Shown here in pieces: positions 11,783-19,969 of a stretch of DNA of 57,529 nt. The notes under the pieces were generated by a model that was not told where the DNA came from, searched no databases, and was given only the letters and a program-made list of their open reading frames with translations. The position numbers were made by a program, and so were the translations under genes. This DNA is from an uncultured Candidatus Saccharibacteria bacterium (GTDB lineage: Bacteria; Patescibacteriota; Minisyncoccia; Phycocordibacterales; UBA9973). Position 1 is the stretch's first letter. Each line of letters opens with the position of its first letter. The stretch lies in NCBI GenBank assembly GCA_964481155.1, contig CAYZSX010000002.1:1-57529 (forward strand), given 5' to 3'.

Positions 11783-12167
11783 GTTGTTTCATTACTTCTT
11801 GGACGTGCGCGACGACCTCACTTGGGGTTGCATTTGCTTTGACGATATAGCTTGCTGCACCGAGCGATTTGCCACGTGCGATATCTTGTTCTTGACCAAG
11901 GTTTGAGAGATATATTTTGATAGTGTTTTTTGCGAGACCTTCTGCATTAATCTTTTCGAGAAGCTCAAATCCATCAGTGCCGGGCATCACAACATCCAAA
12001 AGCATGACATCTGGGACAGTGCCCCCTCGGAGCTTCTCGAGCGCCTGATCTGCCCCACTTGCAGTCACCACTGTATATTTTTCTTGCGAGAACCGCATCG
12101 CGTACATGTCGAGGAGGAAACTATCATCATCAACAATCAAAATCGTTTTTTGTGCATTTGCATCCAT
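11772..12167 (-). CDS. stand-alone response-regulator receiver domain (CheY/PilH-like)
   Basis: KTILIVDDDSFLLDMY...PDVMLLDVVMPGTDGFELL...IYLSNLGQEQD...KSLGAASYIVKA. It is a receiver domain only, with no output domain. The start was moved to MDANAQK at 12167, downstream of the pilB stop at 12202. Confidence 0.85.
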   Translation of the reverse strand: MDANAQKTILIVDDDSFLLDMYAMRFSQEKYTVVTASGADQALEKLRGGTVPDVMLLDVVMPGTDGFELLEKINAEGLAKNTIKIYLSNLGQEQDIARGKSLGAASYIVKANATPSEVVAHVQEVMKQHGV

Positions 12168-12201
12168 ATGTCTGAGTATACTCTGATTCCCTTTGTTTCG
12201 T

Positions 12202-13929
12202 CTATAGGCCGTAGACCTCTTGCATGAGGACATCTCCACTGAGCGCCTTTAGAAGTGCGTCTTCTCGCAGTGTGGTCATCCCTTTTGCACGACATGCCTT
12301 ATAAATCTCTTGCTCAACTGGGTTTTTGAGGATGATCTGTTGGATGTCTTTGTCGACCTCAAACATCTCAAATACTGCGATACGACCTCGAGTCATCGAT
12401 GGTGCTTCTGAGGAAGGTTTGACATCGTACATAGTTGTAGGAATCGATAGTTTCGACCGTACTTCAGGGTTGAGGTCAGCAAATTCTTGATCGATAAATG
12501 CCTTGGTCGCATCATCGATGGGGACTTGGTGGCGTGCACTCGGATGGACTCGTCTGACGAGACGCTGCGCCATCGCAAGGACGAGTGTCGGCGCGATGAG
12601 ATATGGATCGATCCCCATGTCGACGAGACGTGGCACGATACCGATCGAGTTGTTGGTGTGGATAGTCGAGAGCACGATGTGACCCGTGAGCGCCGCCTGG
12701 ATCGCAAGCTCAGCGGTTTCTTTGTCACGGATCTCTCCGACCATAATGATGTTGGGGTCCTGGCGAAGAATCGAACGTAGTCCTGCTGCAAACGTGTACC
12801 CGATCTCAGGAAGCACCTGTGACTGTGTCACGCCAGGGATTTGGTACTCGACCGGGTCTTCGAGTGAAACGACGTTGGCGCTTTCGCGGTCGATATCGTT
12901 GAGCATCGAATAGAGTGTGGTTGATTTACCAGATCCGGTTGGACCCGAGATGAGGATCAGGCCATACGGACGCGCGAGCGCTCGTCTGATCATCTCGCGC
13001 TGTTGTGGTGCCATGTCGAGATCATCAATCTTGCGGATACCTCGTTCAGAATCAAGGATACGCATCACGATCTTTTCTCCAAAGTATGCGGGGAAGGTCG
13101 AGACACGAAACTCAATCTTGCGACCTTCGATCATCGTAAAGAACGATCCGTCTTGTGGTTTGCGCTTTTCATCAAGACGAAGTTTGGACAAGATTTTGAC
13201 ACGAGCAACAATACCATCAAATGTATTGAGTGGTAGGACCAACGTAGTATGGAGCGTACCATCGACACGATAGCGGACTTTGACCTGTTCACCATTGTTT
13301 TCGATGTGGATATCTGATGCTCCACCTTCAACTGCGTGGTTGATGATCACTGCGACGATTTTGATGATTGGTGCATCTTCGACAATCTTTGCCTCGCCTT
13401 CTCCTGTTGAAGGTTTGAGTACATCGCCTTTGTTTTGCAATACCTCTTTGTTTGCAAGCTCAAGCTCGTCGTTGAGATCATTTACCGCTTTGTCGACTTC
13501 AGTACTGACTCCTTTGTATACCTCAATCGCTGCGAGATAGTCGCTATGTGAAATCAAAAATATCTTGAATGGTACCGCAAGTTTGACCGAGATAAACTGG
13601 AGCGCATTCATCGCCTCGATGTTTTCTGGTTCAGTCACACCGATAGATAATACGCCATCTGCAAATGCGATTGGGACAAACTTGTAGTGGGTTGCAGCAC
13701 TCTCTTCGACATATCGAACGATGTCTGGAGTAAGCGCACTGATATTTACTTTTTGGTATGGAATCTTGTAAAACCCTGCTTTTGCAGTAGTAACCGCGTC
13801 TTCAGTTACCCCGACGGATACGAGTGCTTTTGTGAGGTCACCGTGGAACTCAGTATCCAAGGTGTTCATCACCTTGTTGTATTGAAGCTCTGTGATTGTC
13901 CCTTGCGAAAGAAGAAAGTCGAGAAACAT
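12202..13929 (-). CDS. pilB: type IV pilus assembly ATPase (GspE/PilB family)
   Basis: 575 aa. N-terminal T2SS-E N domain, Walker A GPTGSGKSTT, IMVGEIRDKETA and TGHIVLSTIHTN. Confidence 0.9.
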   Translation of the reverse strand: MFLDFLLSQGTITELQYNKVMNTLDTEFHGDLTKALVSVGVTEDAVTTAKAGFYKIPYQKVNISALTPDIVRYVEESAATHYKFVPIAFADGVLSIGVTEPENIEAMNALQFISVKLAVPFKIFLISHSDYLAAIEVYKGVSTEVDKAVNDLNDELELANKEVLQNKGDVLKPSTGEGEAKIVEDAPIIKIVAVIINHAVEGGASDIHIENNGEQVKVRYRVDGTLHTTLVLPLNTFDGIVARVKILSKLRLDEKRKPQDGSFFTMIEGRKIEFRVSTFPAYFGEKIVMRILDSERGIRKIDDLDMAPQQREMIRRALARPYGLILISGPTGSGKSTTLYSMLNDIDRESANVVSLEDPVEYQIPGVTQSQVLPEIGYTFAAGLRSILRQDPNIIMVGEIRDKETAELAIQAALTGHIVLSTIHTNNSIGIVPRLVDMGIDPYLIAPTLVLAMAQRLVRRVHPSARHQVPIDDATKAFIDQEFADLNPEVRSKLSIPTTMYDVKPSSEAPSMTRGRIAVFEMFEVDKDIQQIILKNPVEQEIYKACRAKGMTTLREDALLKALSGDVLMQEVYGL

Positions 13930-13930
13930 G

Positions 13931-14584
13931 TTACCGAGCTAGCGTGGTAAACGTCATGATATTGCCAGGAGTAGTCATCGACCCTTGCGCAAGGACTGCT
14001 CGTACATAATACGTTGTAGCCGGAGCAAGTCCTGTGACTCGGTACAATACTGTACCGTTTTTGCCAAGTGCGACTGGAGCAGTTGCTGATCCGAGAAGAT
14101 CATTGGTGCCATACTCAAACACAACACTTGCAGTCTCTGGTGTGCTGACGATAGCTTGCGCTCCAAACTCTGCAGTGGTTGCCGTCACTTTGCCTGGCTG
14201 GATGGTGTCAAACTGTACTTGGACAACAGGAGCAACACCAGTGATGCTCCCTGTATCAACACCGATCGGCGCAAATGGATTTGGGCGCCCCTTTATATCA
14301 GTGCCGAGAGTGATTGGATAATCACGAAGTGCTCGATATGCACTATCGGTAAATATACTCGTATCGATGTTGATGCTGTTGATTGTCGAGAGGAGTACTG
14401 AAAACTCACTTGGAGCAGATGAAGTGGTCGGAAGTGGGACACCTGCTGCTTTTTGTGCTGAAGAAGCAATCCCGTTGTTTGAAGGCGCTGGAGTAGATGC
14501 TGGCTTTTTGATAAAGGTCATCGCCGCTATGACTGCAGCAATCACCAACCCCACAATTGCAAAAATTTTAACTTTTTTACTCAT
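13931..14584 (-). CDS. membrane-anchored pilus-operon accessory protein with an Fn3-like C-terminal domain
   Basis: 217 aa. N-terminal TM (IFAIVGLVIAAVIAAMTFI), a GRPNPFAP motif like the R(D/N)PF motif of PilP-type proteins, and a C-terminal beta-rich segment (VTGLAPATTYYVRAV) that looks like a fibronectin-III fold. It is 1 nt from both pilO and pilB. Confidence 0.5.
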   Translation of the reverse strand: MSKKVKIFAIVGLVIAAVIAAMTFIKKPASTPAPSNNGIASSAQKAAGVPLPTTSSAPSEFSVLLSTINSINIDTSIFTDSAYRALRDYPITLGTDIKGRPNPFAPIGVDTGSITGVAPVVQVQFDTIQPGKVTATTAEFGAQAIVSTPETASVVFEYGTNDLLGSATAPVALGKNGTVLYRVTGLAPATTYYVRAVLAQGSMTTPGNIMTFTTLAR

Positions 14585-14585
14585 A

Positions 14586-15158
14586 CTACTGTTTTAGCCA
14601 ATACGTTTTTAATGCGACCTTGTATGTCATGCTCGTTGCAGCGCTCTGCTGGACACCTTGATCCGCAGGGCTAAATTCTATACTGGTCACATCGACAAGT
14701 CGTAGGTTTTGCTCTAGGTCTGACATAAATGCGAGGAAGTTTTTGTATTGTCCAGTTGTTTGGAACGAGATAGCAAACTCACCGTACGAACGCTTGGCAA
14801 GAGATGGGTCTTGGACCGCACCGGGAGTAGTGTCTTCTGCTGTTTGATAATCAACATTGCGCAATGACGAAAGACCGTTTTTGTTTGCAAGCGAGTTGAT
14901 CTGGATGATGAGACGGATGTTATCAACCGCATCTGGCAAAAGTGTGCGGAGGTTATCGAGATCAGTTTTGCTGATACTGTTGTATCGAGCAATGAGTTCA
15001 TCACGAGAACGAGCGAGTTTGCTTGCTGTATCGAGATTTGCTTGCGCAGTGTTTACTGACTGACGGGTTGCCTGGAGCTCTGCATATTGCGGCTTGATAA
15101 GCACGATGAACACCGCGACTGATACTGCTATGAGAAGTAGAGAGAAAAAGTATTTCAT
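14586..15158 (-). CDS. pilO: PilO-like pilus assembly protein
   Basis: 190 aa with an N-terminal TM, a coiled coil, then an alpha/beta domain. It follows pilN with a 4-nt overlap. The call rests on position and architecture. Confidence 0.65.
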   Translation of the reverse strand: MKYFFSLLLIAVSVAVFIVLIKPQYAELQATRQSVNTAQANLDTASKLARSRDELIARYNSISKTDLDNLRTLLPDAVDNIRLIIQINSLANKNGLSSLRNVDYQTAEDTTPGAVQDPSLAKRSYGEFAISFQTTGQYKNFLAFMSDLEQNLRLVDVTSIEFSPADQGVQQSAATSMTYKVALKTYWLKQ

Positions 15159-15790
15159 ATAGCTGTTTGTTTTTGAAGACCTGCGATAAATGATTCGTAT
15201 GAGAGTGATGCAGGATTTACCTCAAACACGAGTTTGAAGGTCACCGCATTGGTTTTGTCATCGAGTGTGAGGTTTGAGAACACAGGATTTTTGATAAGAC
15301 TATTTTGGGTAAATGAATCAGACTGGAGTGCAATCGTCGCATAACTCTTTGCAGATCCAGTGAGTGTCACTTTGACTATTTTTGATTTGGTCGCAGGGTC
15401 AGTGTCAAATATATAACTAAACGTCTTGTACTGGACCGATCGAAGAGTCGTCTGCTCAAGCGCTGCAAAGATAGGAGATACGACGATATGGTTATCGATC
15501 GTTTGCTTGACCCCAACGATACGCGCATCGAGCCGCTTCATATCTGCAAGGAAATCCGTACCGATCCCCTTTCGGGCTTCGTTGATCTGTAGATCAAGTT
15601 TTGCTTTTTGTGCGAGAAGATTTTTGTGATAAAAACGCACGCCAACATATGACACGCCAGTAGCGATCACTACAACTGCAGCAAGAAGTGAGAGCAGTCC
15701 CACAACATGAGAACTTTTGTGCGAAACAGGTACCGGCTCGGTACTCACCGGACGCTTTGGGATAAACGATGTAGGCATCATTGGTTCCAT
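15155..15790 (-). CDS. pilN: PilN-like pilus assembly protein
   Basis: A bitopic protein (LLSLLAAVVVIATGVSYVGV) directly after pilM. The start is probably one of the Mets in MEPMMPTSF; the longest ORF reaches 15829. Confidence 0.6.
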   Translation of the reverse strand: MEPMMPTSFIPKRPVSTEPVPVSHKSSHVVGLLSLLAAVVVIATGVSYVGVRFYHKNLLAQKAKLDLQINEARKGIGTDFLADMKRLDARIVGVKQTIDNHIVVSPIFAALEQTTLRSVQYKTFSYIFDTDPATKSKIVKVTLTGSAKSYATIALQSDSFTQNSLIKNPVFSNLTLDDKTNAVTFKLVFEVNPASLSYESFIAGLQKQTAI

Positions 15791-15853
15791 TGATACTCTA
15801 GTATACCGAGTAACACTAGTAGAGTGCAAGGAAAAACGATTGATTTCAGTGGA

Positions 15854-16987
15854 TTACTGCTGAAACTTTTTGAGTGCGAGACCAAGCGCGATAGAAAACT
15901 CTGGCCCCGTTGTCTTGAGTACTCCTGCGAGGAACACTGGTGCTTCGACTTTCGAAAACGGATCAGCAATCGCAAGCTCTGCAGAGAAACTCTGACTTGC
16001 ATACTCGAGGAGTCCCTTGGTCATCGCACCACCGCCGGTAAAAATAATCTTGCCAATGTTTTTGTTATACCGTTTTTCATATGCGAGGATGTTGGTATTT
16101 GCTTCTTGAAAGATATCGACAAACTGTGTCTTCATGATGTCAGAGACTGTCGGATGCTCAGGGCTTGCGATGAGCCCAAACTGTTTTTTGTATTCTTCTG
16201 CTTTATCAAACGTGACTTCGAGTGAGCGCGCGATTGCTTGCGTCATATCTTGGCTTCCACGATTGACAAGTCTAAACGTCTCGACGATACCGTGCTCGAC
16301 GATCGTGAGCTTAGTCTTGGACGCACCGATATCGATGATAAGCACCGGGAACAGTTCACGAGTCAGTGTCGAACGGATATGGCTAAAGATCTCGATCTCG
16401 AGCGAGTCGTTTGCAAGTCCTGTCTTTTGGAGGACGTCGGTGTATTTGACGAGTGTTTCGTTGAGCGTTGCAACAACCAGTACTGACATCATTGCCTCTC
16501 CGCCAGACTCTGCGACGACGCGAGATGCGATACCTGAGTCTTCGCGACGCGGGATCACGTACCAGTCGAGCGACACATCTTCGATCGGGACAGGGATAAA
16601 CTTTTTGGATTCGGCAGGGACCACTTGTGGCAAGTTTGCTTCATCGATCGCCGCAGGAAGCTGCAAGATAAAAATGATACATGAGATAGATGGGATACCG
16701 ACGACTACATTTTTACTTTGGATATTAGTTTCCTTGAGTGCATCGAGGAGTGCTTTGGCAGTAGTATCTGCATCGAGCACTACCACCTGTCCGAGCATGC
16801 CGCCTTCTTTGTATTGCCCAAGAGAGAGCGCACCGTATGTCGAAAGGAGCGCGCGACCGTTTTCACGTTTGAGCTCGACGACTTTGATCGACGAAGACCC
16901 GATATCAATACCGACTGCCGTGTTGTCCTGCGCCTTGCCAAAGATACCACTGAGTGCAGATTTGAGTCCTGAGAGTATACTGTCCAT
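15854..16987 (-). CDS. pilM: PilM, actin-like ATPase of the type IV pilus alignment complex
   Basis: 377 aa. Actin/FtsA-like phosphate motifs (VGIDIGSSSIKVVEL, LIIDIGASKTKLTIV, IIFTGGGA). It is the first gene of the pilMNO set. Confidence 0.85.
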   Translation of the reverse strand: MDSILSGLKSALSGIFGKAQDNTAVGIDIGSSSIKVVELKRENGRALLSTYGALSLGQYKEGGMLGQVVVLDADTTAKALLDALKETNIQSKNVVVGIPSISCIIFILQLPAAIDEANLPQVVPAESKKFIPVPIEDVSLDWYVIPRREDSGIASRVVAESGGEAMMSVLVVATLNETLVKYTDVLQKTGLANDSLEIEIFSHIRSTLTRELFPVLIIDIGASKTKLTIVEHGIVETFRLVNRGSQDMTQAIARSLEVTFDKAEEYKKQFGLIASPEHPTVSDIMKTQFVDIFQEANTNILAYEKRYNKNIGKIIFTGGGAMTKGLLEYASQSFSAELAIADPFSKVEAPVFLAGVLKTTGPEFSIALGLALKKFQQ

Positions 16988-17022
16988 ATACAGCTAGTAT
17001 AAAGCATATTTGGATATTTCCT

Positions 17023-17667
17023 ATGGGGTCATGGATGTCACATCTACTGTTCCCCGAGCGCTGCAGCGCCTGTCGGACACCGGGAGCTGCGCTGTGCGCA
17101 GTGTGTATCTCACGCATCAAGCCAAGTGCGCCGCTATCTCCCCATCAACACGCAATATTTAGCTACAGCGACAGACTCGTCCAGCGCGCCATATGGGAGC
17201 TCAAGTACTACCGCCACAGCGAGCTCGCTCGATCCCTTGCAAGCGCAGCACTCCCCTATATAGCAAACGTTCTTGCTCCGTACTCATCTGTGCTACTCAT
17301 CCCGATACCTGGGAGCAAACGACGCGCGCGTGAGCGTGGATACAACCAAGCGCACCTCCTCGCGTCATGGTGGGTCTCCAAACTACCTGGCGCATCGATA
17401 GCGCCGATCCTCCAAAAGACGCGGTTCACACTCCCCCAAGCTCGCTGCGACAAACACACTCGTCATACCAATGTAGTGGATTCGATGTCTACTACAAAAG
17501 TGCTCGATCCATCGCGCACCTATGTCATCATCGATGATGTGATCACAACAGGTGCAACGATAGCCGAAGCTACTCGTGCACTCAGAGCATCTGGCGCACT
17601 ACATATCATCGCGATCGCGCTTGCGCATGGCTATAAACAACACCCCCGCCACACGGGCGGGAGCTAA
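17023..17667 (+). CDS. comFC: ComF-family phosphoribosyltransferase-like competence protein
   Basis: 214 aa. N-terminal Cys pairs CSACRTPGAALCAVC and the PRT motif YVIIDDVITTGATIAEA. It is divergent from pilM. Confidence 0.85.
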   Translation: MGSWMSHLLFPERCSACRTPGAALCAVCISRIKPSAPLSPHQHAIFSYSDRLVQRAIWELKYYRHSELARSLASAALPYIANVLAPYSSVLLIPIPGSKRRARERGYNQAHLLASWWVSKLPGASIAPILQKTRFTLPQARCDKHTRHTNVVDSMSTTKVLDPSRTYVIIDDVITTGATIAEATRALRASGALHIIAIALAHGYKQHPRHTGGS

Positions 17668-17904
17668 CTATCTCATCATACGAGTATGCATCGGCACTCC
17701 GTAGCTTGCCATGATGTATCCCTTGAGCTCTCCAAGATAGTATCCGACAAAAAACGCCGCGATCACCCCAAACACGAGGATGAGGAAGTGTCGCACCCAG
17801 TACCCTTTGCGGATCCCGATGCCGTGCGCGCACACCGCACCGCACCCATCACACTCACAACAATGGTGTGTACATACTTTTTTGTTTTGATCTGGTTGTT
17901 GCAT
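17668..17904 (-). CDS. small Cys/His-rich membrane protein
   Basis: 78 aa from the internal Met: MQQPDQNKKVCTHHCCECDGCGAVCAHG, followed by one TM helix (HFLILVFGVIAAFFVGYYLG). The upstream part of the 138-aa ORF runs through the terminator hairpin at 17928-17952, so the short form is preferred. Confidence 0.45.
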   Translation of the reverse strand: MQQPDQNKKVCTHHCCECDGCGAVCAHGIGIRKGYWVRHFLILVFGVIAAFFVGYYLGELKGYIMASYGVPMHTRMMR

Positions 17905-17927
17905 ATGAGGGAAGTATAGCATCAAAA

Positions 17928-17952
17928 AACTCGGTTCACTGTGAACCGAGTT
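17928..17952 (-). terminator. rho-independent terminator
   Basis: AACTCGGTTCAC/TGTGAACCGAGTT is a near-perfect inverted repeat. On the minus strand it is followed by TTTTTTGAT. It overlaps the stop codon of the 17951..18388 gene. Confidence 0.75.
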
Positions 17953-18388
17953 AGATACGTTTTGGGGTAGCAACAAATAGCTTTGTAAACGCCTCATCAA
18001 GTGTACGACCAGATGATGTTCTCTCATAGTTACCAGGATTGTCACCAAGCAAATTGATTCTGTATGTTTTGTGTACAATCTCAATCAACTCATTTGAAAG
18101 GTGGATAGCGGTAAAACTATTCTGTAACAATATATCTTCCGTTGTTTGATTTGTTGGTAAAGACTGGAATCGATATGTTTGTTCTATGGTACGCTCAAGC
18201 TCTTTATCCTCGAGGACTTTTGCAACCAACCGAGCAAGTACATATCGTACGCCACCAGTCCACTCAAACCGATCATGCACATGTTCGTCAAGAAGATATG
18301 ATGCCACAAACACATGACTACGATCACCGATATGGATACTGCTCCCCTTTTTACGTAAGATGCGTTTTATTTCATTGTCGATATTCAT
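17951..18388 (-). CDS. hypothetical protein
   Basis: 145-aa ORF with its own terminator. I recognise no motif. Confidence 0.5.
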   Translation of the reverse strand: MNIDNEIKRILRKKGSSIHIGDRSHVFVASYLLDEHVHDRFEWTGGVRYVLARLVAKVLEDKELERTIEQTYRFQSLPTNQTTEDILLQNSFTAIHLSNELIEIVHKTYRINLLGDNPGNYERTSSGRTLDEAFTKLFVATPKRI

Positions 18389-18438
18389 CTATTATAAGGA
18401 TTTGAGCGTATCCTATACGTTTTTACAGAAAAAGCAAT

Positions 18439-19740
18439 TTGGCGCATAATAAGCCGATGTACAGCACCCAAGAAGTCTACGATCGAATCAAAAATACACT
18501 CTATGCAGTATCAACAGACACCAGGAATCTTTCTCCTGGAAGTGTTTTTTTTGCATTGACTGGTGATACATTTGATGGCAATACGTATACCCAAGAAGCA
18601 CTTGAAAAAGGAGCATCCTGGGTTATTGTGGACAATCCGGACTATCAAATAAATGATCGTTGCATGCTTGTAGAGAATGTACTAGAAACACTCCAAAACA
18701 TTGCGCAGATTCATCGAAAATCATATTCGATTCCTATTATTGCGATTGGTGGATCGAACGGCAAAACAACAACCAAAGAACTTATACATACTGTGCTTTC
18801 AAAAAAATACGCGGTACATACCACCAAAGGAAACCTCAATAACCACATTGGTGTCCCACTCACACTTTTACAACTAACAGATGATACTGATATAGCGGTG
18901 ATTGAAGTTGGCGCAAACCACCCCCAAGAACACTCTCGTTTGATGGAGCTTGTTGCACCAACCCATGTACTCGTAACCAACAATGGTGCAGATCATCTTG
19001 AAGGGTTTGGAAATCTCGATGGAGTACGGAGAGCAAACGCTGAAATATACACCTATGCAAAAACGCGCGACGCAACTATTTTTGTAAACAAAACAATTTC
19101 TGATCTTGTAGAAGATAGTCTTTGTGAAAAACAATATCTTTACCCAACAAAACCATGGGTAGGTACTTCTACTATTACCACTTCGATAACCTATGATGGG
19201 GCATTGATTAATTCTCAATTATTTGGTGCATACAATGAGTCAAACATACTTGCAGCGATTGCTGTTGGTGAATATTTTGATATACCACTACCTGATATCA
19301 GGGATGCAATACAAACATACACACCAACACTCAAAAGATCTCAAGTACTTCATGTAGACAGTTTGACAGTAGTGCTTGATTGCTACAATGCAAACCCTTC
19401 AAGTATGGAACTTGCTCTACGTGATTTTATACAAACAACTCCGGCAGGTAACCGTATTGTTGTCATCGGAGATATGCTTGAGATGGGGACTGAAGAAAGT
19501 CGTGTACACAAAGAAATACTCGCTCTGGTACAAAAAATCTCTGATACAAAAGATATCATAATCTGCGTCGGTCCTCGATTTGGTATATACACCAACGAGT
19601 TTCCATTTATGTTTTTTGAAACAACAACCTCTGCAGCAAAATACATAGAAAAACTGACTTTAACTAATATGTATATGTTTTTAAAAGCATCTCGAGGTAT
19701 CAAATTAGAAGATGTTATAAAAGAAAAAATCTCGCTATAA
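18439..19740 (+). CDS. murF: UDP-N-acetylmuramoyl-tripeptide--D-alanyl-D-alanine ligase
   Basis: Mur ligase P-loop GGSNGKTTTKE and a MurF-type N-terminus (TDTRNLSPGSVFFALTGDTFDGN). The ORF opens with TTG at 18439; the ATG at 18457 (MYSTQ) is an equally plausible start. Confidence 0.9.
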   Translation: MAHNKPMYSTQEVYDRIKNTLYAVSTDTRNLSPGSVFFALTGDTFDGNTYTQEALEKGASWVIVDNPDYQINDRCMLVENVLETLQNIAQIHRKSYSIPIIAIGGSNGKTTTKELIHTVLSKKYAVHTTKGNLNNHIGVPLTLLQLTDDTDIAVIEVGANHPQEHSRLMELVAPTHVLVTNNGADHLEGFGNLDGVRRANAEIYTYAKTRDATIFVNKTISDLVEDSLCEKQYLYPTKPWVGTSTITTSITYDGALINSQLFGAYNESNILAAIAVGEYFDIPLPDIRDAIQTYTPTLKRSQVLHVDSLTVVLDCYNANPSSMELALRDFIQTTPAGNRIVVIGDMLEMGTEESRVHKEILALVQKISDTKDIIICVGPRFGIYTNEFPFMFFETTTSAAKYIEKLTLTNMYMFLKASRGIKLEDVIKEKISL

Positions 19741-19768
19741 CTATAACGAGATCATTTGTTCAAAAGTT

Positions 19769-19933
19769 TTATGTGCACTCACCGCATACTGGCATACCTG
19801 ATGTATTTAATACTGTGGCGAGCTCGCTACAGTAGGTACACTGTACAATGCATTTAGAAATCGCATCAAGCACTTCTTCTTGTGAATTAAACTGTTGAAC
19901 CTGTTCGTCTATTTTTTTAATTTCGTCTGACAT
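19769..19933 (-). CDS. small zinc-ribbon-like protein, below the ORF-track length cutoff
   Basis: Hand translation of the minus strand gives MSDEIKKIDEQVQQFNSQEEVLDAISKCIVQCTYCSELATVLNTSGMPVCGECT* (54 aa). It has two CxxC pairs (CTYC, CGEC). It fills the otherwise empty gap between murF and smc and is co-directional with smc. Confidence 0.4.
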   Translation of the reverse strand: MSDEIKKIDEQVQQFNSQEEVLDAISKCIVQCTYCSELATVLNTSGMPVCGECT

Positions 19934-19969
19934 ATACAAGGTTTTTTCTTATATATACCAGATACACAC

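Noticed and set aside
16134-16997. A 287-aa plus-strand ORF covering most of pilM.
   Set aside because: It is antisense to pilM, which has actin-fold phosphate motifs and operon context. The product is Ser-rich low complexity.
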